A stretch of 64,000 nucleotides of DNA. It comes from a virus. Positions 27,617-37,056 of the stretch are shown in pieces. Position 1 is the first letter of the stretch, and each line of letters opens with the position of its first letter. Below the pieces are notes generated by a model. The model did not search any database. It was not told the DNA's origin and saw only the letters and a list, made by a program, of their open reading frames with translations. The translations under genes were made by a program, and so were the position numbers. Location: positions 12,686 through 76,685 of the IMG/VR virus record IMGVR_UViG_3300035698_012122, one strand, 5' to 3'.

Positions 27617-29722
27617 ATGTTTAAAAAATTAAATAATGGAAGTAATGAACAGTTTGTAGGTGAAGCAAATGTGATTGCACCTATTACAACTATTTCTAAT
27701 AGAGCAAAAATAGAAGCAAACTGTAAAGTTGTTGGCCCTACTGAAAGGATAGCTGTTAACTCACTTATTCAATTACATAATGAGTCAGGGCCTAATGGTG
27801 AAAAAGTTTTTACTAATGGTAAAGAAGATTCAAGAATACGTTTTATAGGCAGTTGGATAACTCAGTTTGATGGAAATGCACAATTCGTATATACCACAAC
27901 AATAGGTGTTTCAATAGAAGTAACTTTTTATGGTACAGGTCTTAACACCTTATCTTTTATGAATGAAACAGATCGGGGTTTTTTAGTTGAATTAGACGGT
28001 GTTAGTCAACCAAATACTGTAATTACTGGTTCTGTTGTTTTGGCCAACAGAAACACTAAGACAAATGTTATAACAAATATAATAGATGACTTACCGCTTG
28101 ATTGGTACACTGTGAAACTAACATCCCATGTTGACCAACCACTAATTTATGGTTTTGAAATATTAAATGAATCAAGTGAATTAGCTGTTTTATCTGGTTC
28201 GGTATATAAAAACGGCTATGAATACATATTAGAAAACGGAATTACACTACCATTTAAACCAGTTGGATATACAGGTGCAAATGGTGCTAGGGTTCTAGCA
28301 CATATTAATACAGCAAACGGTTTAGCAGAACAATCTTTTAATGAAGTAGGTGTTCCAGCATATTTATCAAGTGCAGATCATGGAAACGAAGCAATAACCA
28401 GAAAAATAAATTGGATAGAATTTGGAAGAAATCTTGGAAATGATTTTAGTACAGCGATCACAGGTGATGACCGTGCCTTCACTTTAGATGATGGCACAAC
28501 TACATTATTAGGACTTGATGTTGAAGACAATACAACTTCAGAAGGGATTAAGACTGGCCCTTCAGACTATTTACTTATTACTTTTGAAGGTACTGGATTA
28601 GATTTAGAAGTGGATTGGAGAGCATCAGGGATTAGTTGGCAACATTCTTTTGAGGTGGACGGTACAGCTATTGGTAACTTGTCAGGGGTATCACCTTCAA
28701 CAAACTTCAACTCTTTAGTAAGATACAAAATATGTTCGGGCCTACCTTACGGTTCACATACAGTAAAAATAATTAGAGATACAGACCATTTTAGTATTCA
28801 TAATTTTGTAATATACCAACCTAAAAAACCTTCTATCCCAAAAGAAAGTTTTATACTAGCTGATTATAATATTAATTCTGATTACGTTTTTAACACTGAT
28901 ATAAGTATTGAAGCGTACTCAAGTGGTGTAATTGCAAAAACTGCTTTAAGAGAGATAACCTATACAGGAACTTGGGTTATTTCAAGCATAGGTACGAGAG
29001 TAAACGGTTTTCAAAATACTGCAACGAGTGGTGTAGGTGCATCCTTTTCATATACCTTTGTAGGCACAGGTTTTGAACTTTTCACTCAGACAAATACTGT
29101 TTATTCTGGTGATGTGACTTTGGAAATAAATGATAATAGTGATTTATCAGGACTTACAACAAATGTTAGTGGTGGTTTTTCTGTAGTTAATGCGTTAACT
29201 GGACAAGTTAGTTTTGGTGATTCCAATCATGCTGGTGCAAAGTTTTCAATAAGCGATCTACCACATGACAAGTACACAATAAAATTCACTAACAACGCTG
29301 TTGCTAATATTCCAGTAGAAGGTATTAATATTATAACTCCAATTAGTTCATTCAACACTTCAAACGGCAATAACTCGTTAATTGATATGCGTGAACAGGT
29401 CAATGAATTAAGTGAAAAGTTTAGGGTTTCAGTAGACCTCATTGATAAGAAGGTACTAGATAGTAGAAATATAGTGCAGTGTTTAGATGTAGGTACAGGC
29501 CGTTTAGCAGTATATTTTGAAAAAGTTTTTAAAGGTTTCTATACTGCTTTATCTATTTCAAACGCTGGTGAAAATAGGGTTTTTGCTACACCTAATAAAA
29601 CGTCTACACCACCTGAAAAACATGGGTTCACAATGGAATCAGCAACAAGTGGTGGAGCTGATTCAGACCAAAGATACCAATCTTCAGTTGGGTTCGGTGA
29701 TTTAGAAGATTATAAGGAATAG
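27617..29722 (+). CDS. Putative receptor-binding protein with three carbohydrate-binding jelly-roll repeats
   Basis: Three repeats of TF-x-GTG[LF] ... LP-x-x-x-[YH]T[VI]K (FYGTGL, FEGTGL, FVGTGF). Confidence 0.65.
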   Translation: MFKKLNNGSNEQFVGEANVIAPITTISNRAKIEANCKVVGPTERIAVNSLIQLHNESGPNGEKVFTNGKEDSRIRFIGSWITQFDGNAQFVYTTTIGVSIEVTFYGTGLNTLSFMNETDRGFLVELDGVSQPNTVITGSVVLANRNTKTNVITNIIDDLPLDWYTVKLTSHVDQPLIYGFEILNESSELAVLSGSVYKNGYEYILENGITLPFKPVGYTGANGARVLAHINTANGLAEQSFNEVGVPAYLSSADHGNEAITRKINWIEFGRNLGNDFSTAITGDDRAFTLDDGTTTLLGLDVEDNTTSEGIKTGPSDYLLITFEGTGLDLEVDWRASGISWQHSFEVDGTAIGNLSGVSPSTNFNSLVRYKICSGLPYGSHTVKIIRDTDHFSIHNFVIYQPKKPSIPKESFILADYNINSDYVFNTDISIEAYSSGVIAKTALREITYTGTWVISSIGTRVNGFQNTATSGVGASFSYTFVGTGFELFTQTNTVYSGDVTLEINDNSDLSGLTTNVSGGFSVVNALTGQVSFGDSNHAGAKFSISDLPHDKYTIKFTNNAVANIPVEGINIITPISSFNTSNGNNSLIDMREQVNELSEKFRVSVDLIDKKVLDSRNIVQCLDVGTGRLAVYFEKVFKGFYTALSISNAGENRVFATPNKTSTPPEKHGFTMESATSGGADSDQRYQSSVGFGDLEDYKE

Positions 29723-29724
29723 AT

Positions 29725-30390
29725 ATGAGAGTATTTGGTAAAGAAAAAATTCAAAAAATATCAAAGTCATCTAGCACTTTAGTTAGTTGGGCCAGTGGTT
29801 CTAAAGTTCATCTAGGTGCTGAAGCATTTGATGTTTCAACTATTTTAACATTAGATACTAGTTTATCTGGTGCTGGTGGTATGGAGAGTGGTTTGGCCGT
29901 TAGAGGTTTTTACTACGTCTACGTTGTGTTGGATGTTGGAAATGTTAAATTAGTTGGTTCTACTTCTAGTATTAAACCAAGCTACGATGTATATAAAAAG
30001 GTAGGTGCTTTTTACTTAGGGGCCTCACTACAGATAATGAATGTTTACTACCTAAACGAAATCGTAAAAATCACATCTACAGTTTTTGTAGACGGTTCTG
30101 CAAACATATTTGAAGATGAAGACGGTGCTTTTGAAAGCGTAACACAGGTTGGAACAGGTCTACATGATATAGCACTACCTGTTGACAAGTACGCTGTAAT
30201 ACCTTTTATAAATGTTATCCACCAAGACACAAACGACTCTGGTGCATACACTGCCAGAACCATAGGTGTACCAACAACAACATTGGTAAGAATGGCCAAT
30301 TGGGGTTCTAACGCAAAAATAGATACAGAGTTTTATCGCTATGTTTTAACTAGATCAGATGTTGATGCTAGACAACCAGATTGGAATTAA
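29725..30390 (+). CDS. Tail fibre-associated protein
   Basis: SGAGGMESG...FYYVYVV...YKKVGAFY pattern common in fibre proteins, plus C-terminal GTGLHDI gp37-C-like strand pattern. Confidence 0.55.
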   Translation: MRVFGKEKIQKISKSSSTLVSWASGSKVHLGAEAFDVSTILTLDTSLSGAGGMESGLAVRGFYYVYVVLDVGNVKLVGSTSSIKPSYDVYKKVGAFYLGASLQIMNVYYLNEIVKITSTVFVDGSANIFEDEDGAFESVTQVGTGLHDIALPVDKYAVIPFINVIHQDTNDSGAYTARTIGVPTTTLVRMANWGSNAKIDTEFYRYVLTRSDVDARQPDWN

Positions 30391-30405
30391 ATTTAAGGAC
30401 ATAAC

Positions 30406-31731
30406 ATGAGTCAAAACGGAAACAATGATGACATTATAGAGAAGAAGGACTTAGAAAATCAAAAACTTGGTAAGACAAGATATATTGATTTAGAGTTTTC
30501 ACATAAGTCAGTAGGTGGTGAAACATTTATTAACTTTTCTGCTTTGGTTACTCCACCAGAGTATTCAGCATTGGATGGATTTACAAACCCATCACCAGCT
30601 TCACTAATTGAAGCAACAATTAGATATAACAAACCTAATGTTGAAATATCTTCAACAGGTGAACGTGGTAAATTATTTCATAGAGAAGATTATATAATCA
30701 CATCTAACGGTGGAATTAAATTATTATATGAAACAGTTGAAAACGAAATTATATCAGGTGTTATAAGATCAATAGTTAGAAACCAACCAGCAATTTTAGA
30801 TGTTTCTAAAGTTGTTAAAACTGGTGATTTAGCTGAAGGCCAAACTACTTTTGTAATTGGTCAATCATTTGGGTTATTTGATAACCCATCAGAACAGATT
30901 GGTGCAGTTGTTGTTCTAAGATTTAAAGGTGAAGAAACACCTGAAATGATGTTTAGAAATGAAGGCAACTTACCAAATGGGATAGGTAACTATTACGAAG
31001 TAGATGGTGGAAACAATCTATGTAATACAATTGAGTTTAATGAAGCTGGTCAAGTAGACGGTGAACACATTGTAGTTTATTCCTATGCTCTACAGGTTGG
31101 GAAACCACAGGCCTCTTATCAAGCTGAATTAGAGACAATGGGTGGACAATTAGATGTTGTAACAGAGTTTCTAACTGCAATACATGGTCTAGGTTCTAAT
31201 ATTTTTCAAACAGTTGCTAATCAAATTGATCTAGCTTCTTTTGGACAAAAGGTAGCAGAATTATATGGAATCATAGTTGGTGCTGTAGCTTTTCCAGCTA
31301 GTTTTCTAGCAAAATTAAAATTAGTTTTTGGGGTAACAAAATTTCAAACAAAGTATTTAGTGACTACACCAGTAGCAACAGGTATTATGACCGAAATAAC
31401 ATATAACAATTTGGTGATTGGAAGATCATATGCAGTATCTACCAAGTTTAGACAAGTAGACACTACAACATCTACCAATGAGAAATATACAGTAGTAACT
31501 ATACGAAATGGTGCAACTATATTGGGTATTGATTACGCTAGAGCAATTAATCTTTCTAGGGTTCAAGTACCACTGAATACCAGAATAGTCTTCACTGCTA
31601 CAGCTATAGATGTAACTTTTGATCTAGCTGGAAAAACAAATAGTAGTCTTTCAGGAAACGGAACTTCAACAAACTCGTATGTTCAATTAGAAGAACTACC
31701 AAACCATGTTGAAACAAATGATTTCGATTAA
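30406..31731 (+). CDS. Tail fibre / structural protein with C-terminal tip domain paralogous to 31979-32464
   Basis: 441 aa. C-terminal FGVTKFQTK...NNLVIGRSY...YVQLEEL. Confidence 0.65.
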   Translation: MSQNGNNDDIIEKKDLENQKLGKTRYIDLEFSHKSVGGETFINFSALVTPPEYSALDGFTNPSPASLIEATIRYNKPNVEISSTGERGKLFHREDYIITSNGGIKLLYETVENEIISGVIRSIVRNQPAILDVSKVVKTGDLAEGQTTFVIGQSFGLFDNPSEQIGAVVVLRFKGEETPEMMFRNEGNLPNGIGNYYEVDGGNNLCNTIEFNEAGQVDGEHIVVYSYALQVGKPQASYQAELETMGGQLDVVTEFLTAIHGLGSNIFQTVANQIDLASFGQKVAELYGIIVGAVAFPASFLAKLKLVFGVTKFQTKYLVTTPVATGIMTEITYNNLVIGRSYAVSTKFRQVDTTTSTNEKYTVVTIRNGATILGIDYARAINLSRVQVPLNTRIVFTATAIDVTFDLAGKTNSSLSGNGTSTNSYVQLEELPNHVETNDFD

Positions 31732-31740
31732 GGATAAATT

Positions 31741-31968
31741 ATGAATTATGGAAGTATATTTTCACCTAAATGGTTAACAAGATTAGTTGTTCTAATCTTT
31801 CCAGATATAGCATCTTTATTAAAACAAAATGTTGCCTATGTAACTGATACAAAACCAAACGGCACTGCTGGTAATCTTTTATCTGGAAATGGTTCAATAA
31901 GTGAAACATGGGTAGCATTAGAAGAGTTAACACGACAAGAAGTAACTACTAAGTTTAATTCAATTTAA
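31741..31968 (+). pseudogene. Short, probably internally deleted or chimeric fibre-tip cassette (75 aa)
   Basis: Own AAGGA RBS. N-terminus resembles the next gene (FSPKWLTRLV vs FTKKWFDKLV). C-terminus LSGNGSISETWVALEEL matches the end of the preceding gene. The middle ~90 aa are absent. Confidence 0.5.
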
Positions 31969-31978
31969 GGGATAATAT

Positions 31979-32464
31979 ATGTTTAGTACATTTACAAAAA
32001 AATGGTTTGATAAATTGGTTAGTAGCTCTTACTTTTTAAGTACTCTGCAATCTTTTTTTGGAATAACTTGTTATCAAACGAAGATATTAACAGCAGATCA
32101 AGTTAACAAAAGTAATTTTGAAATGACCGATCTAACATTTAATAATTTAATTATTGGAAGATCATATGAAATACTAGGCCATTTTATGTTAAGAGTTGAT
32201 GATGGTGGAGCAACATTTGTAAAATGTAAGAACAATGGAAATGTATTAGCACAGGTTCAATACAATTCTGCTTCTGGTGGGACGGCCGCGATTACAGACT
32301 ATGCTATGGCAACAGGTACTTTTGTAGCACAAGCAACAACTGTAGTATTTGAAGCAACGTGTGCAACAGCTAGTAGAACAGTAGTTGGTAGTCTAGGAAC
32401 TAGGGAACATTCTTTTGTGCAAATAAGAGAAGTATTCAATCATAAAGTAACTGCTAAGTTTTAA
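31979..32464 (+). CDS. Stand-alone fibre-tip domain paralogous to C-terminus of 30406-31731
   Basis: FGITCYQTK...TFNNLIIGRSY...FVQIREVFNH. Confidence 0.7.
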   Translation: MFSTFTKKWFDKLVSSSYFLSTLQSFFGITCYQTKILTADQVNKSNFEMTDLTFNNLIIGRSYEILGHFMLRVDDGGATFVKCKNNGNVLAQVQYNSASGGTAAITDYAMATGTFVAQATTVVFEATCATASRTVVGSLGTREHSFVQIREVFNHKVTAKF

Positions 32465-32479
32465 TTAAGGAAATAAATT

Positions 32480-33586
32480 ATGTATAATTCACCAAGAATA
32501 GATGACCTAGAAAAGAAACAATTAAAAAATTATATTATCAATGGTAATTTTGATTTTTGGCAACGTAATACTTCTTTTACTGGTGCTTTTGTTAATTTTG
32601 ATTTCACATCTGACAGGTGGAGATACCAAGAAAATTCAGCAGTTGGTGGGGTAACTATAGCACAGTCTTCAACAGTTCCACCAAATGGTAAATCAAAATA
32701 TTCTACACTTATTGTAGCTACTACAGGACTTGGAGATAAAAGTGGTTGGCTATCAAACGAATTAGGTTATCTAGCAACGTACATAGAAGCTAGTTTTTCT
32801 GTAGGACTTAAGGGTAAAGATTTTAAAGTTGGTTTCTGGATTCAGTCAGCTAAAGCTGGAAACATTAGAATAAATATGCACTCTCATAGTGATGGAAATC
32901 CAGTTAGCGATTACGCATTTGAGACTAGTGTTATTATAAACCAAGCAAACACATGGGAATTTAAAACATTTGATGTTCCAGCAACACCTTCTAATTTAGC
33001 TTCTGATAATGGAAGGGGAATTACTTTATCTTTTCTAACGGCCAGCGGTTCTAGTTTGCATAGTTCTAATGCAGATGATGAGTGGGTATTAGATGATGCT
33101 ACAAGGGGTAAAGCAGTTGATACAAACCTTCTTGAAAATACAAACGACTACATAAGACTATCTCAAGTTCAATTAGTTGAAAGTGAAGTGGAATTAGAAG
33201 ATGATTCATTTCAATTAGCTGGTGGAAATTGGTTTGGTGAATATGATTTGTGCAAAAGATATTTCCAAAAAAGTTGGGCATTAGCTTTACCAGTAGGGTC
33301 TGCTACAAATGAAGGATGTGTTGGAATAACAGATTGCGACAGTACTTCAGTTCTAGCATCAACAAACATTAGTTTTGTACCAGTTATGCGTACTAGTCCA
33401 GCAATGGCATCTTATTCCCATAGTGGTTTAATTGGAAGGGCCACTAGACAAGCAAACAGCACACTTAGATCGGGTAGTGGTAACTTCATTGAGGCCAGTC
33501 CAAGAGGTTGTGGAAGGTATCAATTCGGAGCTTCTGTTGCTACAGACCCTTCACGAGCACATTTTGCAGCAGATGCGGAACTATAA
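32480..33586 (+). CDS. Tail fibre / CBM-like adhesin, paralogue A
   Basis: KNYIINGNFDFWQR ... DRW ... QVQL ... EYDLCKRYFQKSW ... ADAEL. Confidence 0.75.
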   Translation: MYNSPRIDDLEKKQLKNYIINGNFDFWQRNTSFTGAFVNFDFTSDRWRYQENSAVGGVTIAQSSTVPPNGKSKYSTLIVATTGLGDKSGWLSNELGYLATYIEASFSVGLKGKDFKVGFWIQSAKAGNIRINMHSHSDGNPVSDYAFETSVIINQANTWEFKTFDVPATPSNLASDNGRGITLSFLTASGSSLHSSNADDEWVLDDATRGKAVDTNLLENTNDYIRLSQVQLVESEVELEDDSFQLAGGNWFGEYDLCKRYFQKSWALALPVGSATNEGCVGITDCDSTSVLASTNISFVPVMRTSPAMASYSHSGLIGRATRQANSTLRSGSGNFIEASPRGCGRYQFGASVATDPSRAHFAADAEL

Positions 33587-33598
33587 AGGAAATAAATT

Positions 33599-34591
33599 AT
33601 GGCTTTTAAAACGAAAGTAGTAAAACGAAATTTAGATGTTAAAAACATAATCATAAATGGTGGAATGGAATTTGCCCAAAGAAGAGTTCCATCAACTGCT
33701 ATGACGACAGCTAATGATTACTATTCTTTAGACAGATATAAATTAAAAATGGCTGGTGGTGCAACTGCTGGAACATCTAACAGGGCATTGTGGACACCAA
33801 ATGATCGTGGCCTACACGCTTTACAAACAAATTTTACACCAACTATTTCAAGTCACAGAATAGATATTGCACAATATATAGAATCTAAAAATGTTAGACA
33901 TTTAGAAGGTGAAAAAGCAAGTTTTGGATTTTGGGTTTACAGTGGAAGTGCTACAGAAGTTATTTATCAGGTTAGGACACCAACAGTTGAAGATAATTTT
34001 TCTTCTGTAGATGCAAATATGTTTGACGGTACTTTAGTTGTTCCATCTTTAAATACTTGGCATTTTTTAGAAATTCCAAATATGTTAATGACTTCAGATA
34101 TTGTTAGAGGTTTAGAAATATTTATTGGTTTTCAAAACATGAGTGTTTTAAATGTAGATGTTCAACATTTTACAACACAATGGATGTTTCATGAAGGTGA
34201 AGAAACAGTTCCATTTAATAGGTTTGGAGATAATTACGAAGAAGAATTAGTAGCTTGTCAAAGGTATCTTGAAAAAAGTTATGATATTGATACTGATATT
34301 GGAAATGCAACTAGTGTAGGTGCTAGAACAAAAAGATGCTTATCTCAAACAAGTAGTGGTCATGTTTTTGATAACATAGACTTTAAAGTTACTAAAAGAA
34401 CTATACCTTTACATAATGTTTACGCAACACAATCTAGTTTACTAGATAGAATGAGAAACGTAACAAATAATAACAATTTAGAAATTTTGTACAAAAATGC
34501 TAATGAAAATGGTTTCTATGTGCAAAACAATAATACCTTAACCAGTGGTTCTTTTTACGAATGGCATTGGGCGGTAGAAGCAGAATTATAA
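33599..34591 (+). CDS. Tail fibre / CBM-like adhesin, paralogue B
   Basis: KNIIINGGMEFAQR ... DRY ... EELVACQRYLEKSY ... VEAEL. Confidence 0.75.
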   Translation: MAFKTKVVKRNLDVKNIIINGGMEFAQRRVPSTAMTTANDYYSLDRYKLKMAGGATAGTSNRALWTPNDRGLHALQTNFTPTISSHRIDIAQYIESKNVRHLEGEKASFGFWVYSGSATEVIYQVRTPTVEDNFSSVDANMFDGTLVVPSLNTWHFLEIPNMLMTSDIVRGLEIFIGFQNMSVLNVDVQHFTTQWMFHEGEETVPFNRFGDNYEEELVACQRYLEKSYDIDTDIGNATSVGARTKRCLSQTSSGHVFDNIDFKVTKRTIPLHNVYATQSSLLDRMRNVTNNNNLEILYKNANENGFYVQNNNTLTSGSFYEWHWAVEAEL

Positions 34592-34612
34592 ATCAATTAA
34601 TTAGGGGAATAT

Positions 34613-35599
34613 ATGAAAGTTTTAATAGTAAGAGAAGCATTTAACGGTAAAGAAGTTGGTCATATTGAATCAATTGTTGAAAACAATGACCCTGTACTAG
34701 AACAAAAAAATCAACATAGGTTTTTTGCTAATATGGATATTATTAATTTACCAGATGAATTAATTGATAAACCAATTTCAGTAATTACTTTAGAAGCTGT
34801 AGACGCTTTTTGGAGCAAAGAAGGGGAATCAGATTTAACTGAAGAACCTAGAATTGCAGATCATTGGATTAAAGATGGTGTAACTATTTGGGATGCACCA
34901 ATGATAGAAGAGTTTTGGTCTAAAGATGGTGAATCAGATTTAGCTATCCAACCACTAATTAATAAGTGGACTAAAGGTGGTGGAATAGCAGTATTTACCC
35001 AACCAATGACTGTTGAAAAATGGACTAAAGATGCTGAAGTAGATTTACTTGTAGACCCTGAAGACGTTTCATGGACACATTTTCCATCTGTTAATGATGA
35101 GTCATATGATTTTATAGAAGATGCTAACGATGAATCATGGGCCTTTACTGAAGCTGGTGTTGACCAATCATACAGTCATGTACCATCAGTGTTTGATAAC
35201 TCGTGGTCATATAGTCCAGCTATTAAAGAAGGTGATTTTGCAGTAGAATTAGATGTTGCAAAAGATAAACTGGAAAGAATAGCAGTATTAAAAACTGCTT
35301 TAGATACTGATTTATATATCAAAATGGCCGAAGCATATGGAACATCAGACCCAATTAGTGCAATAAGTAATTATTTAAATTGGCTATCAATGAAAAGTAG
35401 TCCATCAATATTTGCATCTGCTGGTATAAAAGCAAGATTTAATATTGCTTCAGTAGTTGCTGGTGATGCATTGAACACCGATGAAGAAATTTTAGAATAT
35501 GCCAATGGTTTACTAACTGCTTCAGATACTTTTGCAGTTTACAGAGAAGTAGCAATTCAGGAATATATTGTTAATAAATTAGCGATTGAAGCCGAATAG
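34613..35599 (+). CDS. Fibre-associated protein with nested 5+5 Trp-rich repeats
   Basis: Five W-x-K-[DEG]-[GA]...P units followed by five D-x-S-[WY] units. Confidence 0.75.
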   Translation: MKVLIVREAFNGKEVGHIESIVENNDPVLEQKNQHRFFANMDIINLPDELIDKPISVITLEAVDAFWSKEGESDLTEEPRIADHWIKDGVTIWDAPMIEEFWSKDGESDLAIQPLINKWTKGGGIAVFTQPMTVEKWTKDAEVDLLVDPEDVSWTHFPSVNDESYDFIEDANDESWAFTEAGVDQSYSHVPSVFDNSWSYSPAIKEGDFAVELDVAKDKLERIAVLKTALDTDLYIKMAEAYGTSDPISAISNYLNWLSMKSSPSIFASAGIKARFNIASVVAGDALNTDEEILEYANGLLTASDTFAVYREVAIQEYIVNKLAIEAE

Positions 35600-35631
35600 T
35601 AAACATAAGACGGAAACATGATGGACAATAA

Positions 35632-35904
35632 ATGGCAAATACTAGTAGAATTATATCTAATAACGATGGTTTCTTTAAAGAAGAGGTCACGTTAGATAAT
35701 ACACAATTTACGAATAAAGAAATAATTTTAACTAATACACCAGCTAGTCCAGAACAATTAACTGTACTACCAGTGTCGGGTGTTCCACAAAAGTACACCA
35801 CTGACTTTATTGTAGTAGCAAATACATTAAGTTGGGATGGTAGAGGACTTGAAACAATTTTAGAAATAGGTGATACTTTAGTTATCATATATTCAATAAA
35901 CTAG
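35632..35904 (+). CDS. Small structural domain paralogous to C-terminus of 35921-37033
   Basis: EEVTLDNTQFTN...GVPQKYTTDF...IGDTLVIIY vs DEFTLNGTDITN...GIKQKKVVDF...SGDVLDINY. Confidence 0.7.
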   Translation: MANTSRIISNNDGFFKEEVTLDNTQFTNKEIILTNTPASPEQLTVLPVSGVPQKYTTDFIVVANTLSWDGRGLETILEIGDTLVIIYSIN

Positions 35905-35920
35905 GAAGGGAGATAATACA

Positions 35921-37033
35921 ATGAGTAGGTTATTAGGAAAATTTGTACAAGACAGTACAATCACAGATTTACAGATTAGATTAAGAAATAATTTAGCATT
36001 ACGAGCTAGAAATGCTGGTAATACAGCAGATATTTCTGTTCTTAAAATTTCGGCAACGGATATTTTAACCATTCTTGGTGAAATGTCTATGGACTCAAAT
36101 AAGATTACAGACCTATTAGCTGGTACAGGCCCAAATGATGCTGTAAATCTATCTCAAGTTCAAGCATTGGTTTCTGGTTTAACAGACCCAAAAGATTCTG
36201 CTAGAGCTGGTTCAACAGGTGCTCTACCAGCATTTACATATGACAACGGAACAGATGGTACTGGTGCAACTATGATAGCTGATGCCAATGGTGCATTACC
36301 TACTCAAGATGGTGTTGCATTAGGTATTGGTGATTCATATTTATATAAAGACGCAACTAATCCAGTTCATAATGGTATTTACGATATTGTTGCTTTAGGT
36401 GATGTTGGAAACCCATGGTCAATGATTAGGTCTACTAACGCTTCCATCGGTGGTGGTGATGTTGTTGGACAACCAGTTGGTGAACAAGTTACTCAAGGTA
36501 TGTATGTTCCAGTTGCACAAGGTTCTTTAAACGGTGGACTTGGATTTTTACTTTCAACTGTTGATCCAATTTCTTTAGGAACTTCTTCTTTAAATTTTGT
36601 TCAAATGGGCGAGATTGTAAGTGCTGGTCAAGGACTTGTTAAAACTGGAAATGTTTTATCAGTTGATGATGGTGATGGTCTTGGATTTTCTGGAAACGAA
36701 TTAGTTGTTATCGTTGATAATGACCTAGTTGACGGTTCTACCGATCTTAAATCTGGTGCTGTAGTAAGCAGAAAAGATTTTGAAGACGAATTTACTTTAA
36801 ATGGAACTGATATTACAAACGGATATGTTGATTTAGCAAAAGTTGCTTCACGAGATTCTATCCAATTATTTCCTAGATTCGGAATCAAGCAAAAGAAGGT
36901 TGTTGATTTCACCATTTCTTATACTGGTGGAGCATCTTCAAAAACAAGAGTAACTTTTGCTGGTGATTTAGCATCTATAATTGCTTCTGGTGATGTACTA
37001 GACATTAATTATAGAAGTCTTGACTACGCTTAA
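35921..37033 (+). CDS. Virion fibre / decoration protein (370 aa)
   Basis: KITDLLAGT...DAVNLSQV, QDGVAL...KDATNPVHNGIY, AGQGLVKTGNVLSV motifs typical of phage fibre or whisker proteins. Confidence 0.7.
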   Translation: MSRLLGKFVQDSTITDLQIRLRNNLALRARNAGNTADISVLKISATDILTILGEMSMDSNKITDLLAGTGPNDAVNLSQVQALVSGLTDPKDSARAGSTGALPAFTYDNGTDGTGATMIADANGALPTQDGVALGIGDSYLYKDATNPVHNGIYDIVALGDVGNPWSMIRSTNASIGGGDVVGQPVGEQVTQGMYVPVAQGSLNGGLGFLLSTVDPISLGTSSLNFVQMGEIVSAGQGLVKTGNVLSVDDGDGLGFSGNELVVIVDNDLVDGSTDLKSGAVVSRKDFEDEFTLNGTDITNGYVDLAKVASRDSIQLFPRFGIKQKKVVDFTISYTGGASSKTRVTFAGDLASIIASGDVLDINYRSLDYA

Positions 37034-37056
37034 AACTGGATATAGGCGAATGATTT

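Noticed and set aside
30406-34591. Diversity-generating retroelement or invertase shufflon acting on fibre tips
   Set aside because: No reverse transcriptase, no adenine-specific TR/VR pair, no recombinase and no inverted cassettes. Paralogues are diverged throughout.
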